NCBI GenBank assembly: GCA_002398365.1
Contig: DGYK01000063.1
Span: 460,813 to 524,812, forward strand
Direction of reading: 5' to 3'
Length of the DNA stretch: 64,000 bases
Origin: Flammeovirgaceae bacterium UBA5008
Lineage (GTDB): Bacteria; Bacteroidota; Bacteroidia; Cytophagales; Cyclobacteriaceae
Part shown: positions 9,869 to 19,674 of the stretch, piece by piece
Position numbering within the stretch: position 1 is the first letter of the stretch
How the letters are laid out: every line of letters starts with the position of its first letter
Made by a program: the position numbers and the translations under genes
Notes under the pieces: generated by a model
What the model was told of the DNA's origin: nothing
Databases searched by the model: none
The model's input: only the letters and a program-made list of their open reading frames with translations

Positions 9869-11290
9869 TTGCCCCTTCAACACTTTTTTGTGCTTCGATT
9901 TTTTAGATACAATGATCCATACCGCTTGCTGGCGGTACTTTTTATTCTGCTGGCAATCAGTTTGCCGCTTTTCATCAGTCCTGCAGGCATCACGTGGCAA
10001 GAGTTAAATGACTTTGTGCTGGGCCGGGCGTTGAATGAAGGCAAGTCGATTTATACCGGCATTGTCGATGATACAGCCCCTCTGTTTGCCTGGTTTACCG
10101 GTTGGATGGATTTTATTTTCGGCAGTTCGCTCACGGCTCGTCACCTGATTGCATTCTTTCTGATTTTTTTTCAAGCCTCGTTTTTTGCGATCCTGTTGAT
10201 CAGCAATAAGGCATACAATGAAAACACGTATTTGCCGGCTCTCATTTTTGGAGTACTAGGCTTCTTTTCGTTCGATATGCTTTCGCTCTCGCCCGAACTA
10301 CTGGCATCAACCATTCTGCTGTTTGCTCTCAATAATCTTTTCAAAGAAATTGAATTCAGAGAACAACGAGATGAAGTGCTTTTTAATCTGGGAATTTACC
10401 TCGGACTCGCCTCGTTGATTTTGTTTAGTTGCTTGGTGTTTTTACCGGGCACGCTCATCATATTATTTGTGTTTACGCGTATGAACGTACGCAGAGCCTT
10501 TCTGCTGATTTTCAGTTTTGCGCTTCCCCATCTTTTGTTATTGTCAGTTTTCTTTCTTAGAAACAACGAGCGGTATCTGTTGGAATATTTCTATGCTCCG
10601 AACTTCACCTTTCATACAGAAGCCATTTTATCTTCTGGTTCACTTTTTTGGCTGACGGCAGTACCTATTCTATACCTTCTTTTTTCGTTGGTGATGCTCA
10701 ATCGCGAAGCACACTTTACCAAGTACCAATCGCAATTGTTGCAAGTGATGCTGCTTTGGCTGATGATTGCCTTTATTCATTTGGTCATTACGCGTGAGCG
10801 AACTCCCCACAGCTTCTACTTCTTTTTGCCTCCTCTATGTTACTTCATTAATCATTACCTTCTGCTCATCCGAAGGAAGTGGCTGGCGGAAACGATGTTG
10901 CTGTTTTTATTCGTTGCCGTGATTAACATTTCCTATTTGAGTAAAGCCGGTAAGTTGAAAGCAATTAATTACGATCAGATTTTTGCACGAATTCCGAGTA
11001 GCACGCCAGCCTGGAAAGAAAAGCGCGTTCTGTTATTGGAAAAAAATCAAGGCTACTATTTAGAAAATAAGCTGGGGGCCTCTTTTTTGGATTGGGATTT
11101 ATCAAAAGGCATTTTTGAAAAACCAACTTTGTTTGAAAACGTGAATCAGGTTGATCGATCGTTTCAGCAAGATGCACCGGATGTGATTGTCGATAAAGAC
11201 AATCTGATGGAGCCATTTTTTGAAAAGCTTCCGGCATGGAAATCCAAATACAAAAAAGATAAAGAGGTCTACTACAAAATCAGCAACTGA
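9869..11290 (+). CDS. polytopic membrane protein of unknown function
   Basis: It is about 470 aa with many hydrophobic segments and no catalytic motif that I recognise. The start is uncertain: TTG at 9869 or GTG at 9890 (MLRFFRYNDPYRLL...). Confidence 0.55.
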   Translation: MPLQHFFVLRFFRYNDPYRLLAVLFILLAISLPLFISPAGITWQELNDFVLGRALNEGKSIYTGIVDDTAPLFAWFTGWMDFIFGSSLTARHLIAFFLIFFQASFFAILLISNKAYNENTYLPALIFGVLGFFSFDMLSLSPELLASTILLFALNNLFKEIEFREQRDEVLFNLGIYLGLASLILFSCLVFLPGTLIILFVFTRMNVRRAFLLIFSFALPHLLLLSVFFLRNNERYLLEYFYAPNFTFHTEAILSSGSLFWLTAVPILYLLFSLVMLNREAHFTKYQSQLLQVMLLWLMIAFIHLVITRERTPHSFYFFLPPLCYFINHYLLLIRRKWLAETMLLFLFVAVINISYLSKAGKLKAINYDQIFARIPSSTPAWKEKRVLLLEKNQGYYLENKLGASFLDWDLSKGIFEKPTLFENVNQVDRSFQQDAPDVIVDKDNLMEPFFEKLPAWKSKYKKDKEVYYKISN

Positions 11291-11717
11291 TTTTGTCTAC
11301 TCTGCGCGCATGGCGCCCGCCCTCGAAAGCTGAATGCAAAAACTTGTCAAGAATTTTCTCGGCCAATTCAATGGAAACATGGCGAGCCGGAATACATAGC
11401 ACATTGGCATTGTTGTGCGTGCGTGCCAATTCGGCCAACTCTTCTTTCCAACAGATGGCGGCACGAATTCCCTGATGCTTATTCGCGGTCATCGCTACAC
11501 CATTGGCGCTGCCACAAATCAACACACCCAAATCAAATTCTTTGCCCTCTACCGCGCTGGCTACCGGATGCGCAAAATCCGGATAGTCCGCTGAATCGCT
11601 GCTATAGGTTCCGTAATCCTTTACTTCATAGCCATTTTTTTCTAGCCACTTTTTCAGCAGCTCTTTGTATTCAAAGCCGGCATGATCGGCACCTATTGCA
11701 ATTTTTTCCATGGCCAT
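11280..11717 (-). CDS. rpiB: ribose-5-phosphate isomerase B
   Basis: KIAIGADHAGFEYKE...ICGSANGVAMTANKHQGIRAA is the RpiB/LacAB signature, and the 145-aa length fits. Confidence 0.9.
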   Translation of the reverse strand: MAMEKIAIGADHAGFEYKELLKKWLEKNGYEVKDYGTYSSDSADYPDFAHPVASAVEGKEFDLGVLICGSANGVAMTANKHQGIRAAICWKEELAELARTHNNANVLCIPARHVSIELAEKILDKFLHSAFEGGRHARRVDKISC

Positions 11718-11722
11718 TGGTA

Positions 11723-12571
11723 TTAACTGTTTTGTTGATCTGCTCGTAGTTCTTCCGCTTCTGCTTTTTCTTTTTGACGCACTACAATCGAGGAGATGTA
11801 GATGCTGATCTCAAATAAAATATACAGAGGCAAAGAGATAACCGTTAAGCTGAATGGATCTCCGGAAGGCGTAATAACCGCACCCAAAATTAAGATAACT
11901 ACAATAGAATGCTTGCGGTAGTGGCGCATGAGTTGTGGAGTGACCATTCCGATTTTAGAAAGGAAGTAGATGACCATCGGAAATTGAAACAACAAACCAC
12001 AACCTAACACCAAACTTGAGATGGTCGATACATAGGAAGTGATATCAAACTCATTAACGATTAAATCACTGATGGAATAGGTAGCCAAAAACCAAATAGT
12101 AGTGGGGCATAAAATGTAGTAACCAAACAAAACACCAGTCAGAAACAGAAACGAAATAGCAAACACAGCTCCTTTCGAATACTTCACTTCTTTCGATTGA
12201 AGCCCCGGTTTTACAAATCGCCAAAGTTCCCAAGCTACATAGGGAAATGCAATGATCAATCCGATCACAAATGAAGCCGTCAGCGACATCATAAATTGCC
12301 CAGTCATATTTCGGCTTTGAATCTTAAACGGCAAATCCGTCACACACAGTTCGGTGAGTCCTGTTAACCGACTCAGTTCACACATGTATTTGAATGTAGG
12401 GAAATTGAGTTTGGCGGGAGCGAAAATCACATATTCAAAGATCTCTTTGATAAAAACAAATGATCCGATCATGGCAATAAAGATCACGCTGGTGGATCGC
12501 ACTACGTGCCAGCGGAGTTCCTCCATGTGATCGAGGAATGACATTTCTTTTTCTTCAGACATTACGTTCAA
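11723..12571 (-). CDS. tatC: twin-arginine translocase subunit TatC
   Basis: MSFLDHMEELRWHVVRS matches the TatC N-terminal motif. The protein has 6 TM segments and the expected length. Confidence 0.9.
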   Translation of the reverse strand: MNVMSEEKEMSFLDHMEELRWHVVRSTSVIFIAMIGSFVFIKEIFEYVIFAPAKLNFPTFKYMCELSRLTGLTELCVTDLPFKIQSRNMTGQFMMSLTASFVIGLIIAFPYVAWELWRFVKPGLQSKEVKYSKGAVFAISFLFLTGVLFGYYILCPTTIWFLATYSISDLIVNEFDITSYVSTISSLVLGCGLLFQFPMVIYFLSKIGMVTPQLMRHYRKHSIVVILILGAVITPSGDPFSLTVISLPLYILFEISIYISSIVVRQKEKAEAEELRADQQNS

Positions 12572-12670
12572 TTATTAGAGTTCAATCTTTCAAGAATGAT
12601 AAAGCCATTTTGCCACGATGAAAGGTTAACTCATGATCATCACGACCAACTGCTCATTAAAATCTCTGCA

Positions 12671-13942
12671 CTAGGCAAACAACGGAAATTTCTTCATGAG
12701 TGCGTTTACTTTGCGCTTCACCGCCTTCAAGTGCTTGGAGTCTTCCGGTTTTCTTAATGCCTCATCGATTAAATCCACCACCTTCACTACATCTTTCTCT
12801 TTCAATCCGCGTGTTGTAACGGCCGGTGTGCCTATGCGCATACCCGAAGTTACCATCGGAGATTGCGTATCAAACGGAACCATGTTTTTGTTAATGGTAA
12901 TGTCGGCTTGAATCAATGCCTCTTCGGCCAATTTACCGGTCAGGTTTTTAGAACGGAGATCAATCAACATTAGATGATTGTCGGTTCCACCCGAAATGAT
13001 TTTATATCCTTTAGCCGTAAATGCCTGTGCCATGGCTTTGGCATTTTTAGCTACTTGCACCACATATTCTAAATACTCGTCAGTCAAGGCTTCACCAAAG
13101 GCAATTGCTTTAGCAGCGATGACATGCTCTAATGGACCACCTTGTGTGCCGGGGAAAACACCGGAATCTAACACCGATGACATTTTGCGTAACTCACCTT
13201 TCGGAGTTTTTAATCCAAAAGGATTGTCAAAGTTTTTGCCGATCATGATCAGACCACCGCGTGGGCCGCGCAAAGTTTTGTGAGTGGTGGTAGTTACGAT
13301 ATGGCAATGTTCGAGAGGATCGTTCAGCAATCCGCGTGCGATCAAACCAGCCGGGTGAGAAATGTCGGCCAACAAAAGCGCACCTACGCTATCGGCCGCC
13401 TCGCGCAACTTTTTATAATCCCAATCGCGGCTGTAGGCAGAAGCCCCGCAAATTACCATCTTCGGTTTTTCACGTTGCGCGATTTCTATTACTTTATTGA
13501 AATCAATCAAGCCCGTTTCCTGCTCTACACCATAAAAGGAAGGCTGATACAATTTGCCTGAAAAATTTACCGGAGATCCGTGCGTTAAATGCCCTCCATG
13601 CGAAAGGTCAAAGCCCAGAATTTTATCGCCCGGCTTGAGGCACGCCAACATGACGGCAGCATTGGCTTGCGCGCCTGAGTGTGGCTGCACATTGGCCCAT
13701 TCGGCACCAAACAATTGCTTGATGCGATCAATAGCTAGTTGTTCTACTTCATCTACCACTTCGCACCCGCCATAATAGCGTTTGCCGGGCAGGCCTTCGG
13801 CATATTTGTTGGTAAGCACAGAGCCTTGTGCTTTCATTACCTGCTGAGAGGTAAAGTTTTCGGAGGCAATCAGTTCGATGCCATGCTCTTGGCGTTGCTT
13901 TTCTTTTTCAATGAGGTCGAAGATGACTTTGTCGCGCTTCAT
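12671..13942 (-). CDS. glyA: serine hydroxymethyltransferase
   Basis: The PLP-lysine motif [14 protein letters not shown] is present and the N-terminus [18 protein letters not shown]...IELIASENF is conserved. I use the ATG at 13942. The 19-codon upstream extension in the track looks spurious. Confidence 0.95.
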   Translation of the reverse strand: MKRDKVIFDLIEKEKQRQEHGIELIASENFTSQQVMKAQGSVLTNKYAEGLPGKRYYGGCEVVDEVEQLAIDRIKQLFGAEWANVQPHSGAQANAAVMLACLKPGDKILGFDLSHGGHLTHGSPVNFSGKLYQPSFYGVEQETGLIDFNKVIEIAQREKPKMVICGASAYSRDWDYKKLREAADSVGALLLADISHPAGLIARGLLNDPLEHCHIVTTTTHKTLRGPRGGLIMIGKNFDNPFGLKTPKGELRKMSSVLDSGVFPGTQGGPLEHVIAAKAIAFGEALTDEYLEYVVQVAKNAKAMAQAFTAKGYKIISGGTDNHLMLIDLRSKNLTGKLAEEALIQADITINKNMVPFDTQSPMVTSGMRIGTPAVTTRGLKEKDVVKVVDLIDEALRKPEDSKHLKAVKRKVNALMKKFPLFA

Positions 13943-13999
13943 GAGTAGGTTTTTAAGGCACCAAAAATAGGCATAGAGCGCGCATTTGCCTAAAAACAA

Positions 14000-14845
14000 T
14001 CAACTTTCCTCACGTTTCCTTTTCCACCTTTCATGCGACCATAACCAACTGGCAGGGTTTTCGGTGATAAACTGCTCTACTGTTTTCGCATAGTTTTCTA
14101 CAATCGCCTGACTATCGCGCTGATAGGGTGGTGCTGCTATGGGAATAAGTTCTGCCTCATAGTAGCCCCGTTTTACCTTTTTACACTGCACAAAAAATGC
14201 AGGATATTGAGTTACCACGGCCAATTGACCAATGCCTTGAAAAAAAGCGGTATCCTGATGCAGAAAGCTCGTCCACACTTTCTTTTCAAAGTTGGGAAAT
14301 TGATCAGCTACAATGGCAATTGCTTTGGCGATGTTTTTTCTTCGGATCGACTCCCGCGCAGTTTGACCTCGTTCGATGGCGTAGGCTCCAAACCGACAGC
14401 GTATCTGCAACAAAAAATGATCAAATGAGGGGCTGCTTTGTTTTTGGTAAACAAAATCAATCGGCAAGGGTAAGTTGATACTGCCCGACACCATCAGCCA
14501 TTCCCAATTAAATTGGTGTGAGGCCAACAGAATAACCGATCGCTTTTGATCAGCAAAAGGTTGCAATACTTCCGGATTCCGATAACGCATACGATTGGTT
14601 AACTCTGCCTTGCTAATGGAAAGCAGCTTGATTGTTTCCATAGCATAGTCACACAAGTTTTGATAAAAATCTTTTTCAATCAGTCGTAATTCTTTGTCGT
14701 TGGCAGATGGAAAAGAGTTTTTCAAATTTTTCCACACTACATCTCTGCGGTATTTCAGCAACCGGTACCCAACAAAAAAAAGAAAGTCAGAGAGCCAATA
14801 GAGCGCAAACAAAGGTAAACGAGAGATAAGCCGAAGCAGAAGCAT
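14000..14845 (-). CDS. LpxL/HtrB-type lysophospholipid (lipid A late) acyltransferase family protein
   Basis: An N-terminal TM segment is followed by HQFNWEW, matching the H(x)4E-type acyltransferase motif of the HtrB/MsbB family. The length is about 280 aa. Confidence 0.7.
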   Translation of the reverse strand: MLLLRLISRLPLFALYWLSDFLFFVGYRLLKYRRDVVWKNLKNSFPSANDKELRLIEKDFYQNLCDYAMETIKLLSISKAELTNRMRYRNPEVLQPFADQKRSVILLASHQFNWEWLMVSGSINLPLPIDFVYQKQSSPSFDHFLLQIRCRFGAYAIERGQTARESIRRKNIAKAIAIVADQFPNFEKKVWTSFLHQDTAFFQGIGQLAVVTQYPAFFVQCKKVKRGYYEAELIPIAAPPYQRDSQAIVENYAKTVEQFITENPASWLWSHERWKRKREES

Positions 14846-14897
14846 AAGTCAATATTACACGATTGTTTGTGTACTTTTGTTCGATATTGAAGTTCGT

Positions 14898-15704
14898 ATG
14901 AAAGATAAAGTAGTCATTATTACAGGAGGATCTTCGGGCATTGGCAAAGCGATGGCAGAAGTCTTTGGTGTCAATGGTTCAAAGATATTTATTACCGGAC
15001 GAAATTTAACAGATTTACACCAGGCGGTTACAGACCTGAAAAGCAAAGGCATTGATGCTCATGGTTTTCAGGCGGATGTAAGTGTGGAGGATGATAATCG
15101 GAAGATGGCCGAGGAGGCTATTCAAAAATTTGGAAGAATTGATGTCTTAATTAATAATGCGGGTATCTCGATGCGGGCATTATTTAGTGAGGTGGATTTA
15201 GATGTGGTGAAAAAGGTGATGGACATTAACTTTTACGGAGTACTGTATGCGACTAAATATTGTTTGCCGGAAATCATGAAGCATAAGGGCTCAGTAGTGG
15301 GCATTTCATCGATAGCCGGCTATCGTGGACTTCCAGGTCGCACGGGTTATTCAGCTTCTAAATTTGCACTTAATGGATTTTTAGAAGTGCTGCGAACAGA
15401 AATGTTGAAAAAAGATGTGCATGTGCTAACGGCATGTCCTGGTTTTACGGCTTCCAATATCCGCAAACGATCGCTGACGAAAGATGGCACCTCGCAGGGA
15501 GAATCGCCACGTGATGAAGCAGCTATGATGAGTGCGGAAGAATGTGCACACCATATTTACAGAGCCACTGTCAAGAGAAAGAAAATACTGATTCTCACGG
15601 GTCAGGGAAAGCTGACCGTTTTTCTAAACAAATTTTTGCCCGGCCTTACTGACAAGTTGGTCTATAATGTGATGGCAAAAGAAGCGAACGCTCCGATCAA
15701 ATAG
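14898..15704 (+). CDS. SDR-family oxidoreductase
   Basis: It has the TGGSSGIGKA cofactor motif, NNAG and the YSASK catalytic motif. I prefer the ATG at 14898 (MKDKVVIITGG). Confidence 0.85.
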   Translation: MKDKVVIITGGSSGIGKAMAEVFGVNGSKIFITGRNLTDLHQAVTDLKSKGIDAHGFQADVSVEDDNRKMAEEAIQKFGRIDVLINNAGISMRALFSEVDLDVVKKVMDINFYGVLYATKYCLPEIMKHKGSVVGISSIAGYRGLPGRTGYSASKFALNGFLEVLRTEMLKKDVHVLTACPGFTASNIRKRSLTKDGTSQGESPRDEAAMMSAEECAHHIYRATVKRKKILILTGQGKLTVFLNKFLPGLTDKLVYNVMAKEANAPIK

Positions 15705-15705
15705 G

Positions 15706-17601
15706 TTACGTCTTACTTAGAAAAACCAATTTGGTGTTATCCGCTTTATTTATGCTTTTGTAGAAATCTACCAATTCCGAATAAGCAGCAGGTGGATGTT
15801 CGCCCGGAATCATCTTCAGTTTGCGAATGTAGATCAGTTTGCCCTGATCGAACTTAAAGTTTGCCTCATATTCTCCATAGCGACTGGAAATTTTTACAGG
15901 CTGTGGAATAAATTCAGGATAGATTTCTTCTGGGATAGAATAAACAATTGTATCCACATCGACATAGGAGCTTTTGAAAACTACCGGATTCTTTCGGGTT
16001 TCTGCTTTGGGCGGAATGTAGGTGGTACGATTCATGAGATTGGGTGTCACAAAAATTCGTTTACCGCTCACCGAAGCATATCGGTTTAGCGTAAGCTCGG
16101 CATTTACAATGGCTGTAGGTACTTTGTCTTTTTTGTTGATCATGTTGAATGCACCTAATTCAAAACTAGGGATCCGTAAATTCTCCTGAAGCCATTTTTT
16201 TTGTTCATCGTACGAACTGTTGATGCGAAAGGAGAGTCCGTTATTTTCATATTGTAAACCGGAATAAGCGGTGGTTACTTTGGCTTTGGCGTTACCAGAT
16301 TTATCAAGGGCAACTTCAGCTTTTTGATATTGTGTGTTTTGTTCTGTTTTCAACTTAGGCGTTCGAACCAATTTCCCCCCTTCTTCAGTGATCATCAATG
16401 CATACCGATCATCGGTGAAATCTCCTAAATAACCAAACGGATTGGTTTGGCTGGTACATTCTAACCAAAGTGTGTCTTTGCCATTAGGGACATTGACAAT
16501 AATATGATTGAAGCGATCCATCGTAAAATCCGGAGAAATGAATCGTTCTTCACTACCTCCATAGATTAAAGTGTAATAGCCGTTGACGCCAACTGCCTTT
16601 AAGAGGGATACCATATAATTGGAAAGCGCTTTGCAATCCCCATAGCTATTTAAGTCAACGATTGATGCATCGAAAGGCTGAAATCCACCAATGCCACGCT
16701 GAATACTGACGTAGCGGGTTTTGCTTTGAAGCCATTCATATACTGCTTTTGTTTTTTCCTCTACGGTGGAAAGGTTTTTGGTGATTTCTTTCATTTTTGC
16801 AAGAGTGGAGGCAGGCAGTGTGCCACGACCTTCATTGAGAAGTATTTGCCATTTGCCCAGGTCATTCCAGGATTTCATGGACCCACGGTATCCATCGTAT
16901 TCAAATTCCGATGGGCCCATTAAAAACCCAGGGACTTTATTTTTCGCATACTTTTCAAATTTTTCGGGCTTGATATTGGCAAATGACCAGATCAGCTTTT
17001 CATTCGCACCGAGATTTTCTTTTTTTGGTTCTTCAATGGAGTTTAACTTGTATCGAGGCTTTAATGCAATCGGGTATTCTATTTCATATGTTTCTTTCTC
17101 AATAGATACTTCGTCATCTGTATATAAAGAAAATGAAGGGATAGAATAGAGGTACTTCATTTCCGTTTCATATTCAAATTCTACCGTGTAGGGATAAGTG
17201 GATTGTTCTAAGTCCATCAACTTGTATCGATTATCCGTAAACAGGCTAACACCATCGTATGCACTACGATCGATGATTTCATTGCCCTTTAGTTTTTTGA
17301 TTTGAACTCCGTTTGCATCGTATGCGATGCCGGAAATAGATATTACTTTTTCTAATTTATCATAATAAACTGCCTCTGTTGCGAACTGCTTTCCATTTTC
17401 ATTGAGAATGGTAATTACTTTGTGCACTTTTTGTCGGGAGCGATTGATGGAGATGATCTCAAAGCGATAAAAATCTTCGCGCACCACAGCATACATACCG
17501 TCTTTCATATTTTGTGGTATGCTACTGACTGGATATTTGGGATCATCTTTTGCAAGCAGTGTTACCGGAATGGCTAAGAGAAAAGCAACAAGGAATCGCA
17601 T
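15706..17601 (-). CDS. secreted DUF3857-like / transglutaminase-core protein (Cys and His retained)
   Basis: It has a signal peptide. The transglutaminase-like core has YGDCKALSNY (Cys), RFNHIIVNV (His) and LWLECTS. The overall architecture is shared with the next three genes. Confidence 0.7.
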   Translation of the reverse strand: MRFLVAFLLAIPVTLLAKDDPKYPVSSIPQNMKDGMYAVVREDFYRFEIISINRSRQKVHKVITILNENGKQFATEAVYYDKLEKVISISGIAYDANGVQIKKLKGNEIIDRSAYDGVSLFTDNRYKLMDLEQSTYPYTVEFEYETEMKYLYSIPSFSLYTDDEVSIEKETYEIEYPIALKPRYKLNSIEEPKKENLGANEKLIWSFANIKPEKFEKYAKNKVPGFLMGPSEFEYDGYRGSMKSWNDLGKWQILLNEGRGTLPASTLAKMKEITKNLSTVEEKTKAVYEWLQSKTRYVSIQRGIGGFQPFDASIVDLNSYGDCKALSNYMVSLLKAVGVNGYYTLIYGGSEERFISPDFTMDRFNHIIVNVPNGKDTLWLECTSQTNPFGYLGDFTDDRYALMITEEGGKLVRTPKLKTEQNTQYQKAEVALDKSGNAKAKVTTAYSGLQYENNGLSFRINSSYDEQKKWLQENLRIPSFELGAFNMINKKDKVPTAIVNAELTLNRYASVSGKRIFVTPNLMNRTTYIPPKAETRKNPVVFKSSYVDVDTIVYSIPEEIYPEFIPQPVKISSRYGEYEANFKFDQGKLIYIRKLKMIPGEHPPAAYSELVDFYKSINKADNTKLVFLSKT

Positions 17602-17653
17602 TAATTTATTTTTTAAATTATATTAGATTTTTAGACGTGTAAAAACACACTTT

Positions 17654-19588
17654 TTATTTCTTTTTCAACACAATTTGTTCGGCTTGCTTTGCTACAACTT
17701 GATTGAAAAATTCTTTAACATTCGCATATTCTGTTTGTGATATTATACTTCTGTTGATCTGAAATATACTTGTAAGACTTATAGCGTTTCCCACGGTAGT
17801 AACATTGAGAATATATTTTCCAGCATTACCAGGCAAAGCAATTACTTTATTTTTAGGTAAATCGTCAATAGTAAAATGATCGGGCACAACTAATTTAAGA
17901 ATATATGTTTTGTCAATCTGTGTACCAAAATCAATTGGATAAGTACGTTGATCTGATTTAAATGGATTCTCCTCTGTCCGGCTTGACACGAAAGGATTTA
18001 TGTAAAGAATATCACCGGCAGATGTCATGTGATCAGAAATAATCACCTGATGTGATTCTTTGATAGGTTTACTTAAATCTTTTACATCCTGAAACTCACT
18101 TTTTTCAAATTGCCATTGCTTAGTCCCTTTGAAATCCTTCAGGTATTTTTCCTCGCCATTTTTCAGCAACTCATCCCTTGTGCTATGAGCGTCATAACCA
18201 TCCATGGTGTATTGTATTTTACCGGTTAGTTCATTTTCACCGGAAATATTCAAATCAACATTGACCACCGTTTTAGCTTTCGCCTTAGTCGTCACTTCGA
18301 TCCACCCGAAGTTTTTCTTTGAAACGATTAACCCTTGCCCATTTAAACAGCGACTTGGCAGGATGTCGTATGGCAGATTTTTTTCTGTAGCATCAAGGAG
18401 TAATCTTTTTCCACCTAATTTCACAGAGGCTATTACGTAGTTGAATTGCTTTCTCATGGGATATGCTTGTCGGATGATACCATGACCTCTGGTACTAATG
18501 AGTATCATTTCAACATCAAATCCAGCTTTATCCAGCATGGAGGCTAAAATGATATTGATGTCTCCAGATGTGCCGGATTTGCTTTCCAGAATTTTCTTGA
18601 TGTTACCAACATAATAATCTTCTTCACCATCCCACTCTATATTGTTTTTCACATAATTGGAAATGGCAATTACCTTCTGTAAAGAATCAGTAACACCACT
18701 GGTAATTTGATTTACTTTATCTTTTAAAAACCCAGACTTATCAATCGCTTTTCCAAATTCTTCATCTTCCAAAAGATCCTTTGTGAGTTTTTCCCACGAT
18801 GCCATTACCTCTTGTATGTGGGTGCTATAGTTAATACGCGAAAGCGCGAAATTCATTTTCGAAATATATTCATCCGTTGAGGTCATGTATGACTCTTCTT
18901 TGAAGGCAGGTACATTTCTTGATATCCAATGATGGCCAATTACGTCTGTTTCGTAATACAATTGCCGCTTGGTTTCATAGCTGCTTACAGGTACATATCC
19001 CTGCATGTATTTTTCATAGGTGAAAAGATCAGGAATCATAGCCCAGTACTCACTCAACCGTGTTGGAATGGAGCGCTGAAATGACCAATTGGGGAAGTTG
19101 GTAAAGAATTCAGAAGAAATGCGATAAGAATACTCGATTACACTTCCCACCTTCACATTAGGAATGGCAAACTTTTGCCGATTGTAATTTCGGTTTACTT
19201 TTTCTTTAAAGATATTGTCTTTGGATAACTTGTTTTCTACCACCTTTCCGTTTTCAAGATTGTAAGAAGCGGCTTTCAATGCTTGTACTTTCTCTTCAGT
19301 AGCTCCGGCATGATAAACTAGAATACTTGTATTTGCATAATCTAATCCTTCTTTGGTCAATATTTTTATTCGGGCGTGACGCTCAAAATTCAATACAGGC
19401 GCATCACCAATAACAGTTATATAGGCAATCCCGTAATCCTCTAAAACAACCGCTGAAGCCGAAGAATCTTTACTATAAACAGTCATCTTCAAATCCTCCA
19501 TCGGAATATCCCCGAATTTGATGGGCGATTTTTGGGCCTTAGCTGTGAGAGTCAGAAAAAATGTAAATACAAATAGTAAATTTTTCAT
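17654..19588 (-). CDS. secreted DUF3857/DUF3858-like transglutaminase-fold paralog (Cys/His replaced)
   Basis: I use the ATG at 19588 (MKNLLFVFTFFLTLTAKAQ signal peptide). The segments homologous to the catalytic core are SGDINIILASML (Ile for Cys), FNYVIASV (Tyr for His) and LLLDATE. Confidence 0.7.
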   Translation of the reverse strand: MKNLLFVFTFFLTLTAKAQKSPIKFGDIPMEDLKMTVYSKDSSASAVVLEDYGIAYITVIGDAPVLNFERHARIKILTKEGLDYANTSILVYHAGATEEKVQALKAASYNLENGKVVENKLSKDNIFKEKVNRNYNRQKFAIPNVKVGSVIEYSYRISSEFFTNFPNWSFQRSIPTRLSEYWAMIPDLFTYEKYMQGYVPVSSYETKRQLYYETDVIGHHWISRNVPAFKEESYMTSTDEYISKMNFALSRINYSTHIQEVMASWEKLTKDLLEDEEFGKAIDKSGFLKDKVNQITSGVTDSLQKVIAISNYVKNNIEWDGEEDYYVGNIKKILESKSGTSGDINIILASMLDKAGFDVEMILISTRGHGIIRQAYPMRKQFNYVIASVKLGGKRLLLDATEKNLPYDILPSRCLNGQGLIVSKKNFGWIEVTTKAKAKTVVNVDLNISGENELTGKIQYTMDGYDAHSTRDELLKNGEEKYLKDFKGTKQWQFEKSEFQDVKDLSKPIKESHQVIISDHMTSAGDILYINPFVSSRTEENPFKSDQRTYPIDFGTQIDKTYILKLVVPDHFTIDDLPKNKVIALPGNAGKYILNVTTVGNAISLTSIFQINRSIISQTEYANVKEFFNQVVAKQAEQIVLKKK

Positions 19589-19674
19589 GAATATTATTTT
19601 GGACCACAATTATCCAATAATTATTTCAATTCGAAAAGCCAATTTGAATGTTATTCGGTAATTGGAATATAATA

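Noticed and set aside
13943-13999. N-terminal extension of glyA in the ORF track, with similar extensions at 62536-62637 for fumC and 45751-45891 for the His-rich ORF
   Set aside because: The extensions add non-conserved residues ahead of canonical N-termini ([10 protein letters not shown]..., [12 protein letters not shown]..., MLKRTLSILF...). The internal ATG fits family expectations better.
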